Below, piece by piece: positions 1-9,653 of a stretch of 64,000 nucleotides of DNA. The notes beneath the pieces are model-generated. The model worked only from the letters and a program-made list of their open reading frames with translations. It did not search any database and was not told the DNA's origin. Within the stretch, counting starts at the first letter, position 1. Every line of letters begins with the position of its first letter. Origin of the DNA: an uncultured Pelagibacteraceae bacterium (GTDB lineage Bacteria; Pseudomonadota; Alphaproteobacteria; Pelagibacterales; Pelagibacteraceae). Both the position numbers and the translations under genes were made by a program. Location of the stretch: positions 288,717 through 352,716 of the forward strand of contig CACMIX010000001.1 of the NCBI GenBank assembly GCA_902613855.1. The letters are read 5' to 3'.

Positions 1-1
1 G

Positions 2-109
2 GAGGAGGTAGTTAAAAAATTTTATAGCGAAGAAATTTCTGAACAGGAAAATAATCAAAATGATAGTAATCTAGATATTAAAACTGATGAAGATAATGTA
101 AAAAATTAA
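2..109 (+). CDS. 3' end of an unidentified CDS (acidic, Asn/Asp/Glu-rich C-terminal tail); 5' part lies outside the window
   Basis: Frame 2 is open from the window edge to TAA at 107-109 (..EEVVKKFYSEEISEQENNQNDSNLDIKTDEDNVKN*). No recognisable domain. Confidence 0.3.
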   Translation, partial: EEVVKKFYSEEISEQENNQNDSNLDIKTDEDNVKN

Positions 110-1560
110 ATTTTTTGGTCATATTCACCGACCTTACCTGTTTTTTGTAACAAATCGTCAATAAAATCAAAGATTTTTTTCTTCCTTTCATCTGATGTTG
201 GACTTTCAGTAACAACTACTAAAGAAGGTTTGTTTGATGATGCTCTGATTAAACCCCATGAGCCATCCTCAAAAGAAAATCTAATTCCATTAACTGTTAA
301 AATCTCTGTAATATTTTGATTATCAATTTGTATTTTATCATTTTTAATTTTTTCCACTTTTTTAACTAATTCTTCAACCACTTGATATTTTTCTTTATCT
401 TTACAAAAAGGAGCCATAGTAGGTGATTGATAGGTTGCAGGCAATTCATTCATAATTTCACTTATTTCTTTGTTTTGGTTATCTAGTAAATGACATATTT
501 GAATTGCTGAATTTATCCCATCATCATATCCATAACCTAATGGTTGATTAAAAAAGAAATGTCCACTTTTTTCAAAGCCAGCTAAAGCTTTTTCTGTGTT
601 AACTTTTCTTTTAATATGTGAATGACCTGTTTTCCAATAAATTGTATCACAGTTATTTTTCGTTAATACTATGTCTTTTGAGTATAAGCCTGTAGATTTA
701 ACATCTACTACAAACTTTGAATTCTGATGTTTTGTAGATAAATTTCTAGCAATTAATAAACCAATTTTATCTGAGAATATTTCATTACCCTTATTGTCAA
801 TTACTCCAACTCTGTCACCATCTCCATCAAAACCAAAGCCAATATCTGCATTATTTTCTTTAACAGATTTTGCTATTTCATGAAGCATCTTTAAATCTTC
901 AGGATTAGGATTATACTTTGGGAATGTCCAGTCGAGATTACAATCTAGTTCGATTACATCACAACCTATTCCTCTTAAAATATCAGGAGCGAATATACCT
1001 GCGGTTCCATTACCACATGCAACAACTGCTTTTATTTTTTTATTAATTTTATTATTTTTGATTAAATCGTCTTTATAAACCTGCTGAAAATTTTTAATGT
1101 GTTTTTCATTTCCCTGGCCTGATATAAATTTTTCATTTAGTGTTATTTCTTTTAACTCCTTCATTTCTTCTGGTGCATGAGTTAATCCTTTTTTGATACC
1201 CATCTTAACTCCAGTCCACCCATTTTCATTATGACTTGCAGTTACCATTGCAACAGCATCAGAGTTTAGATTAAATTGAGCAAAATAAACCATTGGCGAC
1301 AATGACAACCCAACATCTTCAACATTACAACCAGTCGATAGCAATCCTTTTTTAAGAGCAGTTTTTATTTCCTCGCTATAAGAGCGGTAATCATGACCAA
1401 CTATGACGTTAGGATTATTTTTTTTGGTACGATTAATTATTTGTGTTCCTAAACCTTTTCCAAGATTCTCTATTCCTGCTTTATTTATGCTTTCTTCGTA
1501 CAACCATCGCGCGTCATATTCTCTGAAACCATATGGATCAATTTTAATATTTTGTGTCAT
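106..1560 (-). CDS. phosphomannomutase/phosphoglucomutase (alpha-D-phosphohexomutase family)
   Basis: 484 aa. Phosphoserine loop TASHNENGWTGVK, Mg-binding loop GFGFDGDGDRVGV, and a four-domain length typical of PMM/PGM. Confidence 0.85.
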   Translation of the reverse strand: MTQNIKIDPYGFREYDARWLYEESINKAGIENLGKGLGTQIINRTKKNNPNVIVGHDYRSYSEEIKTALKKGLLSTGCNVEDVGLSLSPMVYFAQFNLNSDAVAMVTASHNENGWTGVKMGIKKGLTHAPEEMKELKEITLNEKFISGQGNEKHIKNFQQVYKDDLIKNNKINKKIKAVVACGNGTAGIFAPDILRGIGCDVIELDCNLDWTFPKYNPNPEDLKMLHEIAKSVKENNADIGFGFDGDGDRVGVIDNKGNEIFSDKIGLLIARNLSTKHQNSKFVVDVKSTGLYSKDIVLTKNNCDTIYWKTGHSHIKRKVNTEKALAGFEKSGHFFFNQPLGYGYDDGINSAIQICHLLDNQNKEISEIMNELPATYQSPTMAPFCKDKEKYQVVEELVKKVEKIKNDKIQIDNQNITEILTVNGIRFSFEDGSWGLIRASSNKPSLVVVTESPTSDERKKKIFDFIDDLLQKTGKVGEYDQKI

Positions 1561-1633
1561 TTGTTAATTTATTATCTCTTTTATGTTAATTACCTGTAAT
1601 TTTTTAATTTTTTTTGTTGATATATAATTCACT

Positions 1634-1653
1634 ATGTTCTATAAATGTTCTAT
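1634..1653. promoter_or_regulatory. tandem direct repeat ATGTTCTAT-aa-ATGTTCTAT (11-bp period) in the nrdA upstream region; candidate regulator site
   Basis: The exact 9-mer occurs at 1634-1642 and 1645-1653, about 90 nt upstream of the nrdA ATG. Confidence 0.2.
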
Positions 1654-1739
1654 TGATTTACTGATTATATAGTATATTAAGTCAAAACGCCTACAACATG
1701 TAGTTGTTTTCGTTAAGTAAACCAAATATAACAAGAGTT

Positions 1740-3677
1740 ATGAACAAAATTTTATCTCAGGCCCTAAAGAAAGCTGTCTCTGAATATAGCCCTCAAGTCA
1801 ACGAAGTTTCAAAAGACAAAAGACCTGATCTTTTCTCATTAAACAATGAAACCGAACTATTTCAAAATGACAAGGGTATTATTATTAAGATTGACCGTTC
1901 TAAAGATTCAAATTTAACTGACTTTGGTAAAGCGACTTTAAAAGACAGATATCTTGGTCACAACGAATCTTTTCAAGATCTATTTGCTAGAGTTGCAAGC
2001 TCATACGCTGACGACAATCTTCATGCACAAAGAATTTATAACTACATAAGCAACCTTTGGTTTATGCCAGCAACACCTGTTTTATCAAACGGTGGAACCA
2101 AAAGAGGATTACCTATTTCTTGTTTTTTAAATGAAGCATCAGATAGCTTAGGTGGCATTTTAGATTTATGGAGTGAAAATGTTTGGCTTGCAGCTAAAGG
2201 TGGTGGTATTGGAAGTTATTGGGGCAATCTAAGATCTATTGGTGAAAAAATTGGAAAAGTTGGGAAGACATCTGGAATAATTCCATTTATTAAAGTTATG
2301 GACTCTTTAACTATGGCGATTAGCCAAGGTTCTTTGAGAAGAGGTTCTGCTGCTTGTTATCTTCCAGTTGATCATCCAGAAATAGAAGAGTTTATAGAAA
2401 TGAGAAGACCAACCGGTGGTGACCCAAATAGAAAAGCATTAAATTTACATCATGGTGTTTTAGTTTCAGATGCATTCATGAGAGCTGTGGAAACTGACGA
2501 ACAATGGGCATTAAAAAGTCCTGCTGATGGAACAGTTCAACAAACTATTTCAGCGAGAAATTTATGGATAAGATTATTGACTGCAAGAATAGAAACTGGT
2601 GAACCATATATAATTTATATAGATACTGTTAATAGACAAATACCACAGCATCATAAATTAGCCAATCTGACGGTTAAAACTTCTAACCTGTGTAGTGAAA
2701 TTACTTTGCCCACAGGAATAGACAAAGATGGTAAAGATAGAACAGCAGTTTGTTGCTTATCATCTTTAAATTTAGAAAAATATGATGAGTGGAAAGATGA
2801 TCCAAACATGATTAGTGATGTCATGAGATTTTTAGATAATGTCTTATCAGATTTCATCAACAAAGCTCCAGATCAATTTAAAGATGCAAAGTACTCAGCT
2901 GAAAGAGAACGAAGTGTTGGATTAGGTGTGATGGGTTTCCATTCATTTCTACAAAAAAATAGAATTCCTTTAGAATCTGTAATGGCTAAGTCTTGGAATA
3001 AAAAAATATTTAAAAATATAGATACAAAAGTAAATCAGGCTTCTAAAGATTTAGCAGAAGAAAGAGGTGCATGTCCAGATGCTGCAGAATACGGTTATCA
3101 AGAGAGATTTTCCAACAAAACTGCAATAGCACCAACAGCTTCAATTTCTATTATTTGTGGAGGTGCCTCACCAGGAGTAGAACCCATTGCTGCTAATAGT
3201 TATACACACAAAACTTTGTCAGGTTCATTTAACGTTAAAAATAGATATCTTCAGGAGATATTAGAGAGCCATGGTAAAAATGATGATGAAACTTGGTCAA
3301 GTATTACAACAAACCAAGGCTCAGTATCACATTTAGACTTTTTAACTGATTTAGAGAAAGATGTTTTTAAAACAGCATTTGAATTAAACCAGAATTGGAT
3401 TATTGAGTTAAGTGGAGACAGAACTCCATTTATATCACAAGCTCAATCAGTAAACTTATTTTTACCCGCTGACGTTCATAAGAAAGAACTTCATAAAATT
3501 CATTTTGATGCCTGGAAAAAAGGTTTAAAAAGCCTTTATTACTGTAGATCAAAATCAATTCAAAGAGCTGAAAATATCAATGATGCAAAATCAACAGATA
3601 TTATGGCCAATGTTTACAAAAATAAATCAACCAAAACCGAAGAAACAGAATACGAGGAGTGTTTATCATGTCAGTAG
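1740..3677 (+). CDS. nrdA: ribonucleoside-diphosphate reductase, large (alpha) subunit, class I, short form
   Basis: Motifs PATPVLSNGGT, ISCFL and active-site NLCSEI, plus a C-terminal Cys pair (EECLSCQ). I placed the start at the first ATG (1740) rather than the TTG at 1704. The small subunit follows with an overlap. Confidence 0.9.
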   Translation: MNKILSQALKKAVSEYSPQVNEVSKDKRPDLFSLNNETELFQNDKGIIIKIDRSKDSNLTDFGKATLKDRYLGHNESFQDLFARVASSYADDNLHAQRIYNYISNLWFMPATPVLSNGGTKRGLPISCFLNEASDSLGGILDLWSENVWLAAKGGGIGSYWGNLRSIGEKIGKVGKTSGIIPFIKVMDSLTMAISQGSLRRGSAACYLPVDHPEIEEFIEMRRPTGGDPNRKALNLHHGVLVSDAFMRAVETDEQWALKSPADGTVQQTISARNLWIRLLTARIETGEPYIIYIDTVNRQIPQHHKLANLTVKTSNLCSEITLPTGIDKDGKDRTAVCCLSSLNLEKYDEWKDDPNMISDVMRFLDNVLSDFINKAPDQFKDAKYSAERERSVGLGVMGFHSFLQKNRIPLESVMAKSWNKKIFKNIDTKVNQASKDLAEERGACPDAAEYGYQERFSNKTAIAPTASISIICGGASPGVEPIAANSYTHKTLSGSFNVKNRYLQEILESHGKNDDETWSSITTNQGSVSHLDFLTDLEKDVFKTAFELNQNWIIELSGDRTPFISQAQSVNLFLPADVHKKELHKIHFDAWKKGLKSLYYCRSKSIQRAENINDAKSTDIMANVYKNKSTKTEETEYEECLSCQ

Positions 3678-4696
3678 CAGAAAAAATAAATTCAGAAATT
3701 ATTCAAACTGAAAAAAAAATAATTCAACCAAAAAAAATGGGATTGTTAGTAGAGAACCCAGTTTACAAACCATTTAGATATCCTTGGTGTTATGATGCTT
3801 GGTTGACTCAACAAAGAATTCATTGGTTACCAGAAGAAGTTCCTTTAGGAGATGATGTAAGAGATTGGCAAAAAAATTTATCACAATCAGAAAAAAATTT
3901 ACTAACTCAAATTTTTAGATTTTTTACTCAAGCTGATGTAGAAGTAAACAATTGTTACTTGAGACATTACACAACAGTTTTTAAACCAACTGAAGTTTTA
4001 ATGATGATGACTGCTTTTGCTGCAATGGAAACAGTTCATGTTGCCGCTTACTCACATCTTTTAGATACTATTGGAATGCCAGAGTCTGAATATTCTGCTT
4101 TCATGAAATATAAAGAAATGAAAGATAAATATGATTACATGCAAAACTTCAATGTAAATTCAAAAGAAGATATTGCTAAGACTGTTGCAGTATTTAGTGC
4201 TTTTACTGAAGGGCTTCAGTTATTTGCAAGTTTTGCTATTTTATTAAACTTTCCGAGACATAACAAAATGAAAGGTATGGGTCAGATTGTTACTTGGTCT
4301 GTTAGAGATGAAACACTGCACTGTAATTCTATGATAAGAATTTTTAAAGAATTCATTAATGAAAATCCTGAAATATGGACACCAAAATTAAAAAAAGAAC
4401 TTTATGAAGCGTGTAGAACTATAATAGAGCACGAAGATGCATTTATTGACTTAGCTTTTGAAATGGGTCCAATGGAAGGTTTAACTGCAAAAGATGTTAA
4501 AGATTATATTCGATTTATAGCTAATAGAAGATTAGTTCAACTTGGTTTAGAGGCAATTTATGATGTTGATAAAAATCCTTTAGGTTGGCTAGATACTATG
4601 CTTAATGCAGTTGAACATATGAACTTTTTTGAAGGACGTGCAACTGAATATTCTAAAGCATCAACTCAAGGTACATGGGTTGAAGCATTTAGTTAA
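3668..4696 (+). CDS. nrdB: ribonucleoside-diphosphate reductase, small (beta) subunit
   Basis: Ferritin-like di-metal motifs AMETVHVAAYSHLL (ExxH followed by Tyr at +4), EGLQLFASF and RDETLH. The ATG at 3668 overlaps the nrdA stop by 10 nt. Confidence 0.9.
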   Translation: MSVAEKINSEIIQTEKKIIQPKKMGLLVENPVYKPFRYPWCYDAWLTQQRIHWLPEEVPLGDDVRDWQKNLSQSEKNLLTQIFRFFTQADVEVNNCYLRHYTTVFKPTEVLMMMTAFAAMETVHVAAYSHLLDTIGMPESEYSAFMKYKEMKDKYDYMQNFNVNSKEDIAKTVAVFSAFTEGLQLFASFAILLNFPRHNKMKGMGQIVTWSVRDETLHCNSMIRIFKEFINENPEIWTPKLKKELYEACRTIIEHEDAFIDLAFEMGPMEGLTAKDVKDYIRFIANRRLVQLGLEAIYDVDKNPLGWLDTMLNAVEHMNFFEGRATEYSKASTQGTWVEAFS

Positions 4697-4701
4697 TCTG
4701 C

Positions 4702-5340
4702 TTGAAGTATAAAAAATATTTTAGAAAAACAAGTCTTAAACAAAAAGGACATGGCGAGTTCTTTTTGAATGAAATTTTAAGAAAAAAACCTAAATATTTT
4801 CTAGAAATTGGTGTATTTCATGGTGTTACAGCCAGAAACGTATGTGAGTTACTTTATAAAATACATCAAGAGGATTTTAAATATATTGGATTAGATCTGT
4901 TTGAAAAAAATAGTGAAAACGTTGATGAAGTTATTCCTAATACAAACTTTAACAATCCATTTAAAAAAATATATTTCCAATATATTAAAAGACAAGATCC
5001 TTATAGTTTAGAAGCAGTTGAGGATTTACTGAAAAAGTTTAAGAAAAATGTTTATTTAATAAAAGGCAATTCAAATAAACTTTTGAAAAAAATAGAAATG
5101 TCTAAAGTTGATTTTGTTTTTTTAGATGGAGGACACGATTATAATACTGTTGTTAATGATCTAAACTCCTGTTTTGAAGTGATTGACTCAAAAGGGACAG
5201 TAATTTGTGATGACTATAATCTTGGCTCAGCACCAGGAGTAAGAAAAGCTGTAGACGAGTTTGTGGAAAAAAATAAATTTAAATGTGAAATTATTTGTGA
5301 TGGTAGATTTGCAAGGATAGAAAAATTATCTTTGATTTAA
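4702..5340 (+). CDS. class I SAM-dependent methyltransferase (Methyltransf_24/CmcI-like fold)
   Basis: 212 aa. Motif I-like FLEIGVFHGVTA, acidic DLF, and FVFLDGGHDYNTV typical of this O-methyltransferase-like family. The only in-frame start near the 5' end is TTG at 4702. Confidence 0.6.
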   Translation: MKYKKYFRKTSLKQKGHGEFFLNEILRKKPKYFLEIGVFHGVTARNVCELLYKIHQEDFKYIGLDLFEKNSENVDEVIPNTNFNNPFKKIYFQYIKRQDPYSLEAVEDLLKKFKKNVYLIKGNSNKLLKKIEMSKVDFVFLDGGHDYNTVVNDLNSCFEVIDSKGTVICDDYNLGSAPGVRKAVDEFVEKNKFKCEIICDGRFARIEKLSLI

Positions 5341-6450
5341 CTCCAAAACTTTTCTGTGTTTGCTGCCTTTGTAGCTTGCCAAAGGCCTAATAAGTTTGTT
5401 TGCAGCATGCTGCTCCATAATATGAGCAGACCACCCAGTTATTCTTGAAATGACAAAAATTGGGGTAAAAAAATCAGTATCAAAACCCATCAAGTGATAT
5501 GTGGGTCCTGTGGGATAGTCTACATTTGGGTGAATATTTTTTTCTTTAATCATAACACTTTCAACAATGTCATAAATTTTTTCAAATTTTTTATCTTTTT
5601 TAAGTTTTGCGACTTTTCCAAAATACTTTCTCATAGTTGGAACCCTAGAATCACCAGATTTGTAAACTCTATGGCCAAAGCCCATTACAACTTCTTTATT
5701 TTTTAATGCGTTATTAATCCATTTTAATGCATTCTCAGGCTTTTTAATTTTATTCATCATATGCATAACTTCTTCATTAGCACCACCATGCAATGGTCCT
5801 TTTAAGCTTGCGATAGCTCCTGTTATTGCTCCATGAATATCTGATAAACTACTTGTTATGGTTCTTGCTGTAAACGTAGAAACGTTAAAACTGTGTTCAG
5901 CATATAGAATTAGTGATACATCAAATGCTTTTACAATTTCTTTTTGTGGGACTTTTCCAAAACACATGTAAAAGAAATTCTCAGCAAAAGTTAAATTTTT
6001 TTTAGGCTTAATTATTTTTTTACCACTCCTTATTCTGTAAAATGCTGCTAAGGCAGTAGGAGTTTTTGCAAATATTCTTAGAGCTTTTCTCATATTTGCT
6101 TCAGGTAAAGAGTCTTGAGTTTCTTTATCTTCCAACCCCATAACACTTACAGCTGTTCTAGCCACATCCATAGGATGAGATTTCTTTGGCATATGTTTTA
6201 TAATTTCATATAAATTTTTTGACAAATCTCTGTTATTTTTTTCTTCTTTTTCAAATTTTCTAAGTTCTATTGTGTTTGGCAAATCTTTATTTAAAATTAA
6301 GTAAGCTACTTCCTCAAATCTACAGTATTCACATAAATCTTGCGCAGCATAACCTCTGTAGGTTAGAGAATTAATTTCTGGCATAACTTTAGAGACTTCT
6401 GTCTCATCAACTACAATACCCAATAAACCTTTTTTAATATCTTCACTCAT
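5326..6450 (-). CDS. prpC: 2-methylcitrate synthase (citrate synthase family)
   Basis: 374 aa. Citrate synthase signature GFGHRVYKSGDSR, plus LYAEHSFNVSTF. It sits directly downstream of prpD and prpB. Confidence 0.85.
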   Translation of the reverse strand: MSEDIKKGLLGIVVDETEVSKVMPEINSLTYRGYAAQDLCEYCRFEEVAYLILNKDLPNTIELRKFEKEEKNNRDLSKNLYEIIKHMPKKSHPMDVARTAVSVMGLEDKETQDSLPEANMRKALRIFAKTPTALAAFYRIRSGKKIIKPKKNLTFAENFFYMCFGKVPQKEIVKAFDVSLILYAEHSFNVSTFTARTITSSLSDIHGAITGAIASLKGPLHGGANEEVMHMMNKIKKPENALKWINNALKNKEVVMGFGHRVYKSGDSRVPTMRKYFGKVAKLKKDKKFEKIYDIVESVMIKEKNIHPNVDYPTGPTYHLMGFDTDFFTPIFVISRITGWSAHIMEQHAANKLIRPLASYKGSKHRKVLELNQR

Positions 6451-7346
6451 TATTCGTGTCCTTCCGTACTAAAGTTATAAATTTTTTCATCTAACGAATT
6501 ATATTTTTCGTAATCAACAAGTTCATAAAGTCTTTTTCTAGTTTGCATTTTATCTATTATGTTATTCTGGTGTCCATTTGCATAAATGTCTCTCAAACCA
6601 TCTTCTACATTTTTCATTGCCAATCTTTGAGTAGTTACTGGGTAAATAACAATATTAAATCCCATATTTTCTAATTTCTTATAATCAAACAATTTAGATT
6701 TCCCAAATTCAGTCATGTTCGCCAATAAATAGCATTTGAGTTTTTCTCTTACCTTTTCAAAATCTTTTTCATCTTGGAGTGCTTCAGGAAAAATGATTTC
6801 TGCACCTGCATCAACGTAAGCTTTGCACCTTTCAATCATTTTATCAATTCCTTCTACACCTTTTGCATCTGAACGGGCGATAATTTTGAAATTTGAATCT
6901 TTTTTAGCAGCAACACATTCTTTAATTTTTTTTACCATCGCTTCAGTTGAGATCAATTCTTTATTATCTAAATGTCCACATCTTTTTCTTTCTATTTGAT
7001 CTTCTAAATGCACTCCTGTAATTCCAAATTCTTCAAAAGTTTCAATAGTTTCTTTGCAAGATTTAAATCCCGTATCAATATCAACAATAGTTGGAAGGTT
7101 TGTTACTCTTGATATCAGGTAAGATCTTGTGCTTACATCTTGTAAAGTAGTAAGTCCTATGTCAGGAAAACCTAAGTCATTAGCCATTACTCCTCCAGAA
7201 ACATAAACTGCATCATAACCTATCTCTTCGATTAATTTTGCTGTTAAGGGATTATATGCACCTGGAACTCTTAAAATTTTATTTGATTTTAATTTTAGAT
7301 CAAAATCAATTCTTTTTTGGCTTGGCTCTTTTTCAATGAAATGCAT
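6450..7346 (-). CDS. prpB: methylisocitrate lyase (ICL/PEP-mutase family)
   Basis: 298 aa. Catalytic loop KRCGHLDNK and a TIM-barrel ICL family length. Start and stop abut prpD and prpC. Confidence 0.85.
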   Translation of the reverse strand: MHFIEKEPSQKRIDFDLKLKSNKILRVPGAYNPLTAKLIEEIGYDAVYVSGGVMANDLGFPDIGLTTLQDVSTRSYLISRVTNLPTIVDIDTGFKSCKETIETFEEFGITGVHLEDQIERKRCGHLDNKELISTEAMVKKIKECVAAKKDSNFKIIARSDAKGVEGIDKMIERCKAYVDAGAEIIFPEALQDEKDFEKVREKLKCYLLANMTEFGKSKLFDYKKLENMGFNIVIYPVTTQRLAMKNVEDGLRDIYANGHQNNIIDKMQTRKRLYELVDYEKYNSLDEKIYNFSTEGHE

Positions 7347-8848
7347 TAAAAAATTCCTTTTTTTTGATTTCTTTTTAACTTACTTTTTTTTATTTCTAAA
7401 TTCAATTTATGCAATTGACCAGATTTTAAATTTTTCAAATTTTGTACATTCTTTATAAAGCGGTTACTCTCCTTTTTATCAAGAATTCCCTCAGTAAGTG
7501 TTGAAAATTTATTAATATAATTTTGTCTTTTAAAAGGTCTTGCACCATAAGGATGCGCATCAGCTCTATCAAGTTGCTCAGAGATTTTTTTTCCATTATT
7601 CAAAGTTACAACTACTTTGGCTCCAAAGGACTTATTTTTTGGGTTAGGGTCGTGATATTTTTTAGTCCATTTCTTATCTTCATATGTTTTAATAGATCTC
7701 CAAATTTTAATAGTACTTTTTTTATTTGCTCTAGATTTTGTATAGGATTTAACATGGTGCCAATCTCCATCTTCTAATGCAACAGCAAATATATACATAA
7801 TTGAGTGATCAAGAGTTTCTCGACTTGCATTTGGATCCATTTTCTGTGGGTCATTAGCTCCAGTTCCAATTACAAAGTGAGTGTGGTGACTAGTATAAAT
7901 GTCGATTTTTTTAATTAAGTTTAAATTTGGTATTTTTATTTTTAATTTTTTGGCAAGATCAATTAATGCCTGCGATTGATATTCGGCAGAATATTCTTTT
8001 GTATAGGTTTCGAGTATAGCTTTTTTACTTTCACCCTTTTTTGGTAAAGGAACTTTGTAATTTGCTTTTTTACCGTCTAATATTCTTGCTATTACACTAT
8101 CCTCACCTTCATAAATTGGACTTGGTGCTCCTTCTCCCCGCATAACTCTGTCGACAGCCTCAATAGCGAGCTTACCTGCATGAGCAGGGGCATATGCTTT
8201 CCAGCTAGAAATTTCACCTTTTCTAGATTGTCTTGTAGATATAGTAGTATGGAGAGCTTGTTGAACAGCTTGATAAATAGTTTCTGTATTTAGTTTTAAC
8301 ATTGAACCTAGACCTGCAGCTACACTTGGACCTAGATGAGCAATATGATCAACCTTATGTTTATGCAAACAAATACCTTTGACTAAATTTACTTGAACTT
8401 CATATGCAGTTATAATTCCTCGTAAAAGATCTAAACCACTTTTTTTATTTTGTTGTGCAACAGCTAATATTGGTGGAATGTTATCACCTGGATGACTGTA
8501 ATCTGCTGCTAAAAAAGTATCATGAAAATCGAGCTCTCTAACAGCAGTACCATTTGACCAAGCTGCCCATTCACAATCAAATTTTAAATTTGAATTTACT
8601 CCAAACAATGTTGCACCATTTTTCCTTGAATGTTTAAGTGCCATTTCTCTTGATGAGATGACTGGTCGTCTATTTAAAGAAGCAACAGCAACAGAGGCGT
8701 TATCAATAATTCTATTGATAACCATTTCAATTGAATCTTTATTAAGTTTTGCATTATCACTAGCTATTTCAGCAATTTTCCATGCAAGCTGTTTCTTCTT
8801 TGGTAAATGAATTTTTGATGGATAAACTTTAACAGTATGTAATAACAA
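7346..8848 (-). CDS. prpD: 2-methylcitrate dehydratase (MmgE/PrpD family)
   Basis: 500 aa with MmgE/PrpD-like sequence throughout. It is the first gene of the prpD-prpB-prpC string. Confidence 0.8.
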   Translation of the reverse strand: MLLHTVKVYPSKIHLPKKKQLAWKIAEIASDNAKLNKDSIEMVINRIIDNASVAVASLNRRPVISSREMALKHSRKNGATLFGVNSNLKFDCEWAAWSNGTAVRELDFHDTFLAADYSHPGDNIPPILAVAQQNKKSGLDLLRGIITAYEVQVNLVKGICLHKHKVDHIAHLGPSVAAGLGSMLKLNTETIYQAVQQALHTTISTRQSRKGEISSWKAYAPAHAGKLAIEAVDRVMRGEGAPSPIYEGEDSVIARILDGKKANYKVPLPKKGESKKAILETYTKEYSAEYQSQALIDLAKKLKIKIPNLNLIKKIDIYTSHHTHFVIGTGANDPQKMDPNASRETLDHSIMYIFAVALEDGDWHHVKSYTKSRANKKSTIKIWRSIKTYEDKKWTKKYHDPNPKNKSFGAKVVVTLNNGKKISEQLDRADAHPYGARPFKRQNYINKFSTLTEGILDKKESNRFIKNVQNLKNLKSGQLHKLNLEIKKSKLKRNQKKGIF

Positions 8849-8901
8849 AATATCTCCTTTAAGATGTTTTGTTTTTAATAGTTAAATTAAATTAATCAAT
8901 A

Positions 8902-9585
8902 TTAAAGATATTTTGATATTATTTTTTCAATACCAATAAAGTCTTTTATTAAGTGATTATGATAAATTTCATCAATATTTTTTTCAGTATATCCATCTTT
9001 CAATAAAATCATTGGAATATCTGCTGCTTTTGCGGCATTGGCATCAGTTTCACTGTCACCAATCATCATTGTTTTTTTTAAATCTCCATCTAAAATTTCA
9101 ACAACTGTAGTTAGATGCCTAGGATCTGGTTTACAATAATCAAAGGTATCTGAACCAGCGACATATTCAAAATAACTATAAATACCAATTTTTTTTAATA
9201 GATCATTAGATAAATATTCTTGTTTATTTGTGCACACAGCCATTGTTATATTTTTTTCTTTGCACCATTTCAAAAATTCTTTAACTCCTTTAATTAAAGT
9301 ACTTTCATTAATTATATTTTTTCCATAAAAATCAACAAACTCACTTACCATTTCCTTTTTTATTTTTTCATCATTCACTTTACTAAATTCTTTTTTCGCT
9401 TGTCCCCAAATAGATCTACCTAGCATTGCACCTGCACCTTGACCTACTAAATTTCTTACTTCTTCTGTAGATTTCGTTGGATAACCAAATTTTTTCATCA
9501 CATGATTGTGAGCGTGCATCAAATCTGGTGCAGTATCAACAAGAGTACCGTCTAGGTCAAATAAAATGGTAAATTTTTGTTTCAT
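8902..9585 (-). CDS. gph: HAD-superfamily hydrolase, phosphoglycolate phosphatase-like
   Basis: HAD motif I FDLDGTLVDT, motif II CTNK, motif III GDSETD. 227 aa. Confidence 0.7.
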   Translation of the reverse strand: MKQKFTILFDLDGTLVDTAPDLMHAHNHVMKKFGYPTKSTEEVRNLVGQGAGAMLGRSIWGQAKKEFSKVNDEKIKKEMVSEFVDFYGKNIINESTLIKGVKEFLKWCKEKNITMAVCTNKQEYLSNDLLKKIGIYSYFEYVAGSDTFDYCKPDPRHLTTVVEILDGDLKKTMMIGDSETDANAAKAADIPMILLKDGYTEKNIDEIYHNHLIKDFIGIEKIISKYL

Positions 9586-9653
9586 TATAAAAGTATTTTA
9601 AAGAAATAATTTGTGAATTAATTAAGTTATATACTTAATGTAAACAAAATTAA

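Noticed and set aside
1691-1707. Possible NrdR box (ACAACATGTAGTTGT) upstream of nrdA.
   Set aside because: Only the 5-nt arms are complementary. The centre does not match the AT-rich palindromic core of the NrdR consensus. I could not find a second box at the expected ~31-32 bp spacing. It is kept only as part of the generic upstream-repeat finding.
1704-1739. N-terminal extensions in the ORF track that use TTG or GTG starts (nrdA at 1704, nrdB at 3659, DAHP synthase at 12128, secreted protein at 43551).
   Set aside because: In each case an in-frame ATG lies a few codons downstream and gives a more plausible N-terminus, for example a clean signal peptide from 43581. The upstream extensions add non-conserved-looking residues. 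The start choice remains unverified.
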